From NCBI GenBank assembly GCA_951406725.2, contig OX597830.1, positions 40,300,001 to 40,364,000 of the forward strand: a stretch of 64,000 bases of DNA, in the 5' to 3' direction. The first letter of the stretch is position 1. Every line of letters begins with the position of its first letter. The position numbers were made by a program, and so were the translations under genes. The stretch comes from Octopus vulgaris. Lineage: Eukaryota. Shown here piece by piece: positions 13,304 to 26,065 of the stretch. The notes below the pieces were generated by a model. That model was not told the origin of the DNA, did not search any database, and saw only the letters and a program-made list of their open reading frames with translations.

Positions 13304-13405
13304 CATCTGAGGAGATACAACTGGATCCCATTATACAGGTAAACCGTTGCTTAATTTAAATCCTGTGTATATGTGGATCTATGTTGTATAGAAACAGGTG
13401 TAGTG
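13304..13405 (+). ncRNA. Hammerhead-like motif with greatly extended stem II
   Basis: CTGAGGA (13307-13313) and GAAAC (13391-13395) directly bracket a ~25-bp imperfect hairpin (ATACAAC/GTTGTAT, TGGATCC/GGATCTA, TATACAGG/CCTGTGTA). They are followed by AC-aggt-GT-A. Stem I is only ~3 bp. Confidence 0.45.
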
Positions 13406-16024
13406 TTTATTAAATAGCAGTCTAACTGTACTTCCTGTTGACTCTATTTTTTCAATTCTATGTATGTATGTATATATCTATGCGTGTGTGTCTTTGTGAC
13501 TGTGTTTGTCCCCCCCCCACCCCCACTGCTTGACAACCAGTGTTGGGACCCTGTACAGAGATTTTCATTCTAGCCCTTGATAATTACTGTATTTTAACAT
13601 GTATAAGGAACCCCTTAATTTTGGGGGCTTAAAATATGGAAAACAGGTTTTGTAAGGATTATGTTAGTAGCCATCCCATAATTTATGAAAAAAAATATAA
13701 AAATCCTTGTATAAAACTGTGTACTTCCAGTGATGCGGTATTTGGCTGTTGTGTGCATGCTCACATGTCCATGATAGGAAGCTTCATGCTAGGGAGAGAG
13801 AGTACCACATGAATGACAGTGCCGACCCCACTGTTCTGGTGAAAGGTAGTGTCTCTTTTCGACTCCACATGTGTTTATTTTCTTGAATGTGATAAAATGT
13901 AGAATTAGATTATTATCCTACTTCCAGGTTCAGTGTTGCTGCTAGGAGTTGAAAAATAGGGTATCTCCCGCTTATTTTGTGATTTGGTGGGGGATTTTTG
14001 AAAAACACGAGGGAATTCGCAGCAGTGTTCATTGAATAAATTAAACACACTACCCAACAGTGGCTAAAAAGTGAACTGATCAAGTTTATGTATAAATTTT
14101 CTTTTTATATGTTTGTTTCCTTTTATACAATATTAAAACAATGGCTAGAAATTTTCTGGAGCAGCACCCCTACTAATTTTATCTACAAGCCACCATTGCC
14201 TCTTAGCAATACTACATATTAATCTTGCTGCATCTTATACAAAAGAAAAAAGGAGGAACACAGTAACAGAGCAGCAGACGCTATGTAGAGTCAGACACAA
14301 TACTGACTAGCAGTGTTCCCTAAGCTGTGCACTTGTTTCTGCACACACATTTTACAGCTAGCACACAAGGATAAAACTGAGGACAAGATTACAAGATTTT
14401 AAGATGGAATCAAATTCTTTCCCCCACCCCTTTTTTTTTCAAAATTGGAAGAATTTGCGGGATAGTTACTTTTATGGGTGCACACTTTTTTTGCCAAGAA
14501 AGGCAGAATTTTAAAAATAATTAGGAGGATCACATTGCCTACTAGATATTACCTTTATCGTTCTATGTCTTGAATGTAGCCTTGAATCTCAAAGTCTAGT
14601 TACTGATTGGATCATCTGGAAGCTTACTTATCATGTGACAAAGTAACTGATCGTGTGACAAAATTACAGATCATAGCAGAAGTGGAAGAAGGCCAAACTA
14701 ATAAATGCACTTAACAACAATATATTAATAGCTTGTGTTTCTATAGATGCAGGCATAGTTGTGTGGGTAAGGAAATCACTTTGCAACCACATGGTTTCAA
14801 GTTCAGTCCCACTGTACAGCACTCTGTACAAGTGTTGTCTTCTGTTGCACCTGGCTGACCAATGCCCTATCAGTGGATTTCATCGACAGAAATTGTAAAG
14901 AAGCCCATTATTTATTTGTGTGTGTGTGTCTGTGTTTGTTTATTTGTTCCCACCTCAGACCTTGACAACCAGTGTTGGTTTGTTTACATCCCCATAACTT
15001 AATGGTTCTGCAAAAGAGAATGATGGAATTAGTACCAGCCTTGTAAAAGGTCACAAGCACCTGCCCTTCATCTATTGACTAAGCCATAAAAAAAATACAA
15101 ATAGTAAAAAAGAAAAGCACACAAAAAATTGTCAAATTGTTTGACTAAACCCTTCAAGGCAGTGACCCAAAAGGACACTGTCCAGTGACTGAAACAAGTA
15201 AAAGGAAAGACTTCTGCAATAGAATCCCATTGGGTTTCATTAAGTCTATTTGGGAAGTGGACCAGGGTAGGGCAGGAGTGAGCTGAGATGGTGGTAGGGG
15301 AATAAACAAAGGTGACAATTCAAACTATTCATCACTGCTCCAATTTGTAATTATATACCAATATGAGAAATCATTATTATTTTCCTTAACCTCTTATTAA
15401 ACGAGAGCAATATTTAGCATTATAAGATAATCAATAACAGAATCAATAAGTCTATGAACAGTAAAATCTTGCTTATATCTTAGTAACAACCTACCATTGA
15501 TCCTTTCTATGTACTTTAATATATAAATGCTTACTTGCTGCTTTCTGCTTTTCTTGTGTGTGTGTGTGTGTGTGTTTTGCTTTTCTTTTTTTACTATTTG
15601 TATTTTTGTATGGCTTAGTCAGTAGATGAAGGGTAGTGCCTGTGACCTTTTACAAGGCATCCAAGATTGACGGGAGGAAAAAATAGGGAAATGAGAATAA
15701 TAATAGGGATAATAATAATTGTAAAAATAATAGAGCAAAGAAGATCAAGCACTCTGAGAAGTCAAAACAATAATAATAATGATGATAATAATAATAATAA
15801 TAATAATAAAAATAAGATGATGAGCTGGCAGGAACATTAGCACACCGGGTGAAATGCTTAGCAGTATTTCGTCTGTCTTTATGTTCTGAGTTCAAATTCT
15901 GCCAAGGTCGACTTTGCCTTTCAACCTTTCGGGGTTGATAAATTAAGTACCAGTTGCATACTGGTGTCAATCTAATTGAGTGGCTCCCTCCCCAAAAATT
16001 TCGGGCCTTGTGCCTAGAGAAGAA

Positions 16025-16058
<34 letters not shown>

Positions 16059-16544
16059 GTAATCCTTTTTACAGGAAGCACAAGGCCTCAAATTTAGGGG
16101 ACTTGTTTTAATCGACCCGAAAAGGATGAAAGGCGAAGTCGAGCCTGGCAGACTTTGAACTCAGAATGTAATGGCAGATGAAATACCGCTAAGTGCTTCC
16201 CTTGGCATGCTAACAATTCTGCCAGCTTGCTGCCTTAAAAAGAATTGTGAATGTCAGGGGTGAATAATAATAATAATAATAATCTTTTCTACTCTAGGCA
16301 CAAGGCCTGAAATTTTGGGGGAGCATGGGCCAGTTGATTAGATCAAGCCCAGTATGCAACTGGTACTTAATTTACTGACCCCGAAAGGATGAAAGGCAAA
16401 GTTGACCTTGGTGGAATTTGAACTCAGAACGTAAAGACAGATGAAATACCGCTAAGCATTTCATCTGGCGTGCTAACAATTCTGCCAGTTCACCGCCTTA
16501 AAAAGAATTGTGAATGTCAGGAGTGAATAATAATAATAATAATG

Positions 16545-16591
<47 letters not shown>

Positions 16592-16992
16592 CCTTTCTAC
16601 TATAGGCAAAAGGCCTGAAATTTGGGGGTGAAGGTTTAGTTGATTACATGCCCCCCCCCCCGTGTTTCACTGGTGTGTGTGACCCTCTCACCATAATTTT
16701 TATGTCTGCTTTCTCATATTTGCAAGTGATTGACAGGTCCTTCCTATAGTCTCTTAGCTATTTGTTGCATTCCTTTGTATCTGGTGAAGAGATCCGCTTT
16801 CACCACTTCTGCCCCTTATGCTCCATGATTTTCTTCTTCCATAATTTCCTTCCATCTGGATCTCCTGCTGCTTCTTTCCCCAGCTGTTATTATCCATCTG
16901 CATCTCATGTCTGCACCAATGTTGTATTCGTTCTTGCACACTATATCCGGTTCCTCTTCTACCTAGTTTCTCTAGACTCCTTTATAATGCAC

Positions 16993-17750
<758 letters not shown>

Positions 17751-18375
17751 ACTCTTTTAATGCACTCTAACATTACTCATCCTGTGGAGCATGTTTGCTT
17801 CATCTGTTTCCATCTTTTACACATCCTCTGTATTCAATGCCCACACCCCACTACTTTGCAAGCACAGCATTTCATGAGCAACCTACAATCCATTTTTTGC
17901 TCAAAGAGAGAATTCTTCTGTTGCCCAGAGACGTAATGGCTCACTGAACATTTTCGAAACTGTTCTGATTGCTATGCATTCAGAGTACCCTCTTCCACAG
18001 CTGATTAGTTTACCCAGGTAACAGAAGCTACCAACTACTTCTATAGAGTTTTCTGAACCATGAATAGAATTTATTATAAACCTGCTCTAACTGCCAACTC
18101 CTCCAGTATCTCCCTATGCAAAAACTTTATTCACTGTCAGCCCGTCAATGATCCTGATACACTCCTTATGATCACATACGTCACACCATGTCCACTGAAT
18201 GGAGTGCTTATCTCCTACTTTTCTGCATATCAATGACAGTCACTACCCTTATGAATGCACACCTTTGTCTTCTTTCTGCATCACTTCAAGAATTTAATCT
18301 TCACCAAGTTTTCTCTGAGGCCACTCAATTGTAAGTTTTGCTTCCACATATGGAATATCATTTTTTAGTCTTCCA

Positions 18376-18660
18376 CATCATCATCATCATTGTTCGACCG
18401 TGGTCGAGACAATGGAATTTACCATGCTACGCCAGACTTCACGGTCCATCATGGCATTACGGAGGTCCTGTTGCTGGATGCCTGTATCCCTGGAGATTAC
18501 ATCAGGGTAGGAGAGTGTGCGCCCTCTGGTATTGCGAGTAGATGGCTTCCAGAGGAGAAGAGTAGAAATTACCTCTTTTTCAGCTCTACAACAATGTCCA
18601 GCAAACTGGACTCTCTTACCCTTCACAAGAGATGACACAGGTGGTAGTTTCCCATATAAT
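18376..18660 (-). mobile_element. Younger RTE-clade LINE 3' end
   Basis: Open ORF end RVQFAGHCCRAEKE...RGRTLSYPDVISRDTG...AMMDREVWRSMV followed by a (TGA)n tail. Confidence 0.8.
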
Positions 18661-19079
18661 AAATTTTAGATCATCAGCTTAAAGAAGTCTTCACTGATAA
18701 CCAATCTTAAACTCTTCTGTCATAACTCAAAGAACTATAATTTATTGGAATGGGGTTGAAAACTGAGCTTTGAACTCCTACTTCCATGCTAAATTCCTCA
18801 ATGAATCCATTGTCAGCTCTCACTTCACCAAATACATCTCTGTACATCGCTAATATTGCTTTCACAAGCCATTCATCTCTACTTAGATTTCTTAATGAGT
18901 ACAAAACTAAGACTGTAGCACCCTGTCAATGGCCTTTGCCAGGTCAACAAATATTAGATAGAAAGGATTACTCTTAGCTAAAAATCACTTTTACAGTTGC
19001 CTCTCTATGAAAACAACACGAATAGTATTCTAACCTAGGATAAAACTGAACTGCATTTCATTAGAGTGAATTTTTAGCA

Positions 19080-19846
19080 GAGGTAAAGATCATGGACCAC
19101 ACCCACTTTGTTATTTTTTTTTTTTTTTACAGGAACACACTATATCGAGGGTGTAGATTGTGAATCTAGCAAAAAAAAAAAACGGGGTGGGGGAAATTTC
19201 ACTTTCTGTCATAGGGTGGAGGGGAGGGGTGTTTGTTTATTTATTTTTTTTTTTAATTGAAATTTTACAAACAATTTTTTTCAGAATCATAATCTCTGTA
19301 TTTTTCTAGGTATTTGGCCAAAAAAATATTTTTAAAATAAGTGAAAAATGAAGAAATTTTTTTTTTGGAGGTGGTGGGGTGGATTTAAATTTTGAAATCT
19401 TTTCTTCTTCGGTAATTCATATTAAAATTTTTAAAACATATTTCTCACATGTCAGGTTTTCTGTTTATATAAATTTTTTTGCATCTGCTATTTTATAATT
19501 CTTTGCATGTGTGAAACATTAGTAGAGAAAACACTTTAATTTCACTTCTTGCCATAGGGCGGAGGGGAAAGGGTGTTTATTTATTTTGTGGGGAGAAAAT
19601 TGCAATTTTACAAAATTATTTTTCAGAATCATAATATCACCTATTTTTCTATGTATTTCACCAAAAAAAAAAAAATTTTTTTTCTTTTAAAGTGAAAAAT
19701 TTAAGAAATTGGGGAGTGGGGAATTTAAATTTTGCAAATTTTTTGGCAGATTTGGAATCCCCGCCTTCGATATAGTGTGTTCCTGTGAAAAAAAAAAAAA
19801 ATCCAAAAAATCCCAAAGGGAGGGTGCGGTTCATGATCTTTACCTC
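19080..19846. mobile_element. Non-autonomous DNA transposon (MITE) with ~100-bp imperfect TIRs
   Basis: GAGGTAAAGATCATGGACCACACCC at the left end and GGGTGCGGTTCATGATCTTTACCTC at the right. It has an internal ~190-bp duplication. A related copy lies at ~45000-45390 and a fragment at ~45570-45620. Confidence 0.8.
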
Positions 19847-20063
19847 CACTGAATTCCCTTCCTAATATTTTATACCTCTAGTTGCTTTTGTCCCTTGTAG
19901 CAATTGGAAATGCCATTAGCTACGCTAATTATTGAGTGTGACACCAACTTGTATTACTTGGTTGATTATGTGAGTTACTAGCTTGAGCCTGACTTCATTA
20001 GATATATTCAGCACCTCAGCACATATACCTGATGGATCTGCTGCTTTCCACGTCTTCATATCC

Positions 20064-21305
20064 TTAACCCATAAAGCGCTGGGATTTGCACTTACATAGC
20101 ATGGACTGCTGAGTACGTTTTATGAAAATGAGACAACCATGCACACATAAAAAACAAAAAATAGTTTTAAGTATCTTCTTAGTATATAATGGTGGCAAGT
20201 TTTACATCATCTGAAGAGTCATTAGTTGAACTATTAGTCCTCTTGCATTCTGAGGGGTATCGGAGCATTTGAGTGACATCAGACCCCAACAAATGCTCAT
20301 AAATTAAATGCATCTATCTAGGCCACAATCGTGGCCCATCACACTTTATGTGTTGATTGCCGTTTTGACCATATACCTGTCTACTTCAATAGCTGACCCT
20401 TCAGTTGAGTATACATGGGGTAGTTCTTTCTCCTTCCGCTCATTGTCCACATTCCAAACCTCTTTCTCAAAGCTTGGGATCAGAGTAAATGTACCATTAT
20501 CATATCAAACATACTTTCCTCCAACATCATCTTAATTTGCTCTGACATACAGTTTCACAATGTAGAACACTTCACGCAGAACACCGACAAACCTCCTGCT
20601 TCTCTTTGAGCAATGTATGCTTGTCACCAAGCTATTATGGAACCGAGAGAGAATTACTGCACAGCATGGTTCTTCACTATTCCTTTCTTCCAGTTTTCCA
20701 TTGCTAACCATAATGCTTTTCTTCAACCAATGTCCAGGTGGAGAATTTTCTCCTGAGACTATAAGCACAGTGAAAGGTCTTCCCACATTTGAGTATACAT
20801 GAATGTGTTAAATATAATTGTACACACATATATTTCATTAAATGCTGTTTTCTACACCTCTAGTCATGTGTGTATGCATGCATATAAGTGTGTGTGTATG
20901 GGGGGGCATCTGAAATAGGTCTGTGCAGCATATAAGCAACAACATCTCCTGTACCATGGGCAACTGATGCCAAAGTCACAGTAGTTTGAAAATGTGTGGC
21001 TTTGCAGTATGTATGTATGTGTACAGACACGCGCGTGCGCACGCACCAAGGTTGGCCATTCTGTGCTGTATTGAACACATCCCATGAGTTTTAGTCTCCA
21101 GAGCTTGACAGATCATGCATTATATCATGAGAATGTGTCTGGGCACTTCACTGTTGTAACCGGTGTTTAGATGTATGTTGAGTCATGAGTAAACTAACAA
21201 ATAAGGAACACAGAGAGCCTCTAATAATGTGTAGAAGGGGAACTTAAAAAATCCTTTATATATTTCAGGCACAAAGTAACCCCTCATCAAAAGCGAAAGG
21301 TTTAA
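20064..21305 (-). mobile_element. Decayed piggyBac-like element
   Basis: Ends TTAA-CCCATAAAGCG ... CGAAAGGT-TTAA, with the left TTAA truncating the RTE frame. A minus-strand remnant LGDKHTL..CRC..HCETVC resembles the piggyBac C-terminal Cys-rich domain. Confidence 0.45.
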
Positions 21306-21483
21306 GGAATGTAAATTTATGTAGGCGCAGGAGTGGCTATGTGGTAAGTTGCTTGCTTCCCAACTACATGGTTCCTGGTTCAGTCCCACTTCGTGGCACC
21401 TTGGGCAAGTGTCTTCTACTGTAGCCTCGGGCCAACCAAAGCTTGTGAATAGATTTGGTAGGGGGAAACTGAAAGAAGTCCAT

Positions 21484-21541
<58 letters not shown>

Positions 21542-21609
21542 TTGAATTGTTAGCTCCTGCACCCATTTTTTTTCTCTCCTTGTTTCTCTCCGTGTTTCTT
21601 TTCTGTGTA

Positions 21610-21647
21610 TCTTTCTGTTGAAGAGCGTAGGCTCGAAACGTAAAAGA
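21610..21647 (+). ncRNA. Variant hammerhead motif (CUGUUGA core) in a ~200-bp microsatellite-flanked repeat (21541-21745)
   Basis: TCTTT-CTGTTGA-A-GAGC-gtag-GCTC-GAAAC-GTA-AAAGA. Perfect 5-bp stem I, 4-bp stem II, palindromic stem III and GUA site, with A6 replaced by U. Confidence 0.65.
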
Positions 21648-21743
21648 CTTGTTTTATTTCTATTCCTGAGCGCCATACTAATACAATTGTTTGTTTGTAC
21701 TCCACCTGCCTTCGTCTTTTGTTTATTTTCGTAAAGCTTCCCG

Positions 21744-21792
<49 letters not shown>

Positions 21793-22174
21793 CATACATA
21801 CATACATACACATATATATATATATATATGTGTGTATGTGTTTGTTCCCCCTCCCCCATCATCTCCATGAGTTTGGGAGAGCCATTCCGAATGTCTGCCG
21901 ATCAACTATTACACCCATCCAACAAGTGTAATAGTTTATAGACTCATCCTTCAGTAAATAAAAAGAAATGACTGTTGATAAGAAAGGACTAACAATAATA
22001 CTTTGTCGTATTTATTCTACCCTTTTACATTCTAAGTTTGAATCCCATCAAGGTCAACAATGCCTTTAATCCTTCTGGGGGTCAATAAAATAAAAGCATC
22101 GACTAACCCCTTTCTCCTCGAAATTGCTGGCCTTGTGCGGAAATTAGAAACCACTAGAATAGTACAACATATTA

Positions 22175-22269
22175 GAGCGAAGGTAAAAAATACGCACACC
22201 ACCCGTTTACGCCGTTTAAGGTTAGGGTTACACCGAAAACGGGTGGTGTGTGTATTCTTTACCTCCGCC
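22175..22269. mobile_element. ~95-bp palindromic mini-element with TTAAGG-TTAGGG core
   Basis: GCGAAGGTAAAAAATACGCACACCACCCGTTT is nearly the reverse complement of AAACGGGTGGTGTGTGTATTCTTTACCTCCGC. Confidence 0.7.
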
Positions 22270-22932
22270 GTATATTAGTGCCTACTCCACCCCAGGTTTA
22301 TTAAAAAAAAACAAAAAAAAACAACGCTAACGCATATAACGATTATATCGGCGCCAGTATTCAACAGGTTCTTATTTTATCGACACCGAAAGTATTTTAA
22401 AAGACAGTTAACTCTGGCCGAATTTGATCTCGGGACGCCACAAAGACGTTAAGAAAGAAACCGCAATGCAATTTTTGTTTTGTCTCCCCTACTGTGTCTC
22501 TTCATAAAGGACGTGTGAAAACTGAAGCTTCAGAAATAGCATCCCAGAGTTATTTCCCTTCCACAGAATTTCAAATTTAGAACTTCGTATGTAGCGATAA
22601 GAGCAGAGGAAAGTAAATTGAACGGAAAAGAACCTGTTCAGAAGAACAGCACCACCTCTCCTCCTCCTCCCCTCCGTTTCTTCCTCCTTCTCCCCCCTCT
22701 ACAGGAAAATTTTTTGTTTTTGAATCAGAAATTCCATTATAAGGGAGGAATAAATATAGCGATGATGAAATATTTTTTTAAAAACCTCAGTAACCGATTT
22801 CGAAAATAAAAGATGAAAGAAAATTTCTTGGAATGAAAGAATATTAAATAATAAAGCAGCCTATGCTTATGAAATTTAGTTATTTCATTATTTCCTATAT
22901 ATATATTTTTTTTTAATTTTTAAAAAATCCTT

Positions 22933-23345
22933 GGATCTTTTCGGTTTGAACGGCAGTTTTTAACATAATTTCTAGGTAACTAAAAAATTTTAAACTTCGT
23001 ATACTGGTAGAATGTATTTATAAAACATCTTTTTCTCTAGGCTTTATTGAGAAAATTCTATAGTTTGTAAGATATTTGTTGCTTTTTTTCTTCAATTTCT
23101 GCAATTTCAACCAATCACTGACGTCTATTGAGGTAAAAACCATTCTGTGCCGTATGAATATGTCCCTCGTTTAAGAAAATTATTGGATTTATTTACATTT
23201 CAGAAGAAAAAAGATACCCTTCCCCCAACCCCTAACCCTAACCCTAAACGTTGAAATGCAATAGATTGATAATAGGGTCATAATTATGGCTGACAATTTC
23301 ATATGACACCAATAGAAAAAACTGCCGTTCAAACCGAAAAGATCC
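22933..23345. mobile_element. MITE with perfect 29-bp TIRs and internal (CCCTAA)3
   Basis: GGATCTTTTCGGTTTGAACGGCAGTTTTT / AAAAACTGCCGTTCAAACCGAAAAGATCC. A more decayed relative starts at ~25038. Confidence 0.85.
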
Positions 23346-23911
23346 CCCTCCGTTGCAACTACATCATCATCATCATCATCATCATCATAATCATAATTTT
23401 AACGTCCATTTTTCCACACTTACTTGGGTTGGACAGAGTTCACTGACAATTTCTATGGCTGGGTGCTTTTCCTGCCACCAAGCCTCACTTATTTCCAAAA
23501 AAGGTAATCTCCCTTTAGCTAGACATGTTTATGCAGAATATTGGGAAAGGATGACACTGCTTGTATGACAATGACACTCATTTACAGCTGTCAAGTGATG
23601 TCAAAGAGACACAAACACCCACCACACACACTCACTCAAACATACATATACAGGACAAGCTTCTTTTAGTTTCCCCAGAATTTTTTGAGGCAGATTTCCT
23701 ATGGCCAGATGTCCTTCTTTTCACTAATCCTCACCGGTTTTCCAAACATGATAATATTTCTGCATGGCCGGACATGTTTTCGTGGCATATTGGAAATGAA
23801 GGAGACCATGTGTAAGGAAAGCAAACTTCTTACCACACAGACACACTTATGCTTATTAAACCACAAAATATTATAGCTTCCTGTTTGGAACTTGAGAGTA
23901 AAATGGATCCA

Positions 23912-24240
23912 ATCATCATCATCATCAACATCATCATCGCTTAACGTCCGTTCTCCATGCTAGCATGGGTTGGATGGTTCGACCGGGGATCTGGGATCTG
24001 TCATTCTGGGATCTGCACCAGGCTCCAGTCTGATCTGGCAGTGTTTCTACAGCTGGATGCCCTTCCTAACGCCAACCACTCCGTGAGCGTAGTGGGTGCT
24101 TTTTACGTGCCACCTGCACAGGTGCCAGGCGAGGCTGGCAACGGCCACGATCGGATTGGTGCATTTTACGTGCCACCGGCACGAAAGCCAGTCAAGGCGG
24201 CACTGGCATCGGCCACGATTCGGATGGTGCTTTTTACGTG
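23912..24240 (-). mobile_element. Non-autonomous retroposon with (GAT)n tail (probably RTE-mobilised), representative copy
   Basis: Recurrent core GGAAGGGCATCCAGCTGTAGAAAC...CCCATGCTAGCATGGA...GGACGTTAA plus (TGA)n. Copies at 27228-27500, 40495-40890, 49495-49790, 50470-50795, 53995-54280 and 55710-56105. Confidence 0.75.
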
Positions 24241-25890
24241 TAAAATTTTTAAAAGATAGAGGCAAGAGGTATTAGAGTTTTGATTTGAGCCCATGGGATT
24301 ATATGATTGGTACGTATTTGTCTCTTAATTTAACGTGACATTTGTAAATCAAAAGAGATCTCATATAAGTGGATATTGTGGTTTTAAGAGTAAAACCATA
24401 AACCCCTTAGCATTCAGGAGTGGCTGAGTGGTAAGTAGCTTGCTCATCAACCACAAAGTTCCAGGTTCAGTCCCACTGCGTGGCACCTTGGGCAAGTGTC
24501 TTCTACTATAGCCTCGGGCTATGTGAGACTTGTGAGTGGATTTGGTAGATGGAAACTGAAAGAAGCCTGTCGTATATATATGTGTGTGTTCGTTATTTGT
24601 GTCTGTGTTTCCCCCACCACCACCATCATTTGACAACCAATGTTGGTATGTTTACATCCCCTGTCACTTAGTGGTTCGGCAAAAGAGACCGATAGAATAA
24701 GTACTAGGCTTACAAAGAATCAGTCATGAGATCGATTTCTTCAACTAAAGGTGGCGCTCCAGCATGGCCACAGTCAAATGACTGAAACAAGTAAAAGAAT
24801 AAATAAAAGACTAATGCTTATTTATTCCCCCCGTTTTGGACTAATCCTGCATTATTTTATCACTTAAAGATTTTGATGATTGTTTATTTCTAGAATGACA
24901 TTGTTGAGTAGGCGTGAGAGGCCAGATCTCATCAAATAAAACAGGTACAATATTTAGACCAGATATGACCAGTTTAAATGCTAAAGGATTAAAGGTGCTG
25001 ATTAAGTCTTTTCTGAATTCATCTAATAAGATTACCAGATCTTTTCCTTTTGAACGGCACACAATTTCTAGTTAACTAAACACTTTAAAACTTCGTATAC
25101 TGGTAGAATGTGTCAAAATAAAACATTTTTTTCTCTTGGCTTTCATGATAAAATTGTAATTCGTTTGTTTAACGTAGTTTAATTTTTCGAATTTTAACCA
25201 TTGAATCGCCTCATTGAGCTAAAATCACCACCACTACAAACATCATCCTGTCACTAACCCTAAACCTCCCCCTAATCCTAACCCTAAATTTTTTTTTTTC
25301 TTAATTGTTAAATTAATTTAATTGTTACGTGTGTAAAAAAAGTACCTGTAAAACTAGATTTTAAACATCAAATGGCTATGGTGGTGGTGGTGGTGGTGGT
25401 GGTGGTGGTGGTGGCACCAGAATATAAAATCAATCAAAGGAGTTCATGGATGAAAAATGGTTAAGAACCACTGTTTTACAGGGAGTTCACCCTTTTTGAT
25501 GCCAACCTGCCTGAGACTGGCTCTGATTCTATGATGCAAGCTTTCTGTTTTGAAATGACCCAAGTTAAAATTCTCCATCAAATTTCAATGTTAAATTATG
25601 TTCCAAGTATTAGATTAATAGTGACAGTTATTTCACTAAATTCTTCAACATTTTCCAAATCTATTGAAACAAAGGCAGAAATATGGTGACAAAACAGTTA
25701 AGGTGATCAAACAATTGTATACTCACTGTTAAAACTGATAGATCCATTTACTATAAAATATTTTTTTTCACTTGAAGCTGATAAAAGTAACTACACTATC
25801 ACCACAACCATCAACAACACCACCACCACCACTACAAACATTACCACCACCAACATATAATAAAAGATGGATTTGTAGGAACAAATTATA

Positions 25891-25909
25891 TTTATTTCAG
25901 TATTTTAAT
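25891..25909 (-). terminator. Candidate polyadenylation signals of AARSD1
   Basis: ATTAAA (25909-25904) and AATAAA (25896-25891) lie ~35-50 nt after the stop codon, followed by a GT-rich tract on the minus strand. Confidence 0.5.
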
Positions 25910-25941
25910 TTCACAAAAGTTGTTTTTCTTCAAAACCTTCT

Positions 25942-26065
25942 TTAAGATGATGTAAGTTTCTCTTGAATCATTTTGATTGCTTCATCACGATTTGCCATTT
26001 TGTTTGCTTTTCCTTGGAATCGGCCCTTCTTACCAGCACCTTTACCATCAAGAATTTTTGCAACA
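25942..26065 (-). CDS. AARSD1: AARSD1 terminal coding exon
   Basis: Acceptor tttctattttgacag|T. The phase-2 join (AG+T = Ser) gives SVAKILDGKGAGKKGRFQGKANKMANRDEAIKMIQEKLTSS*, with TAA at 25942-25944. Matches the recalled AARSD1 C-terminus VAEVLEGKGAGKKGRFQGKATKMSRR. Confidence 0.95.
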
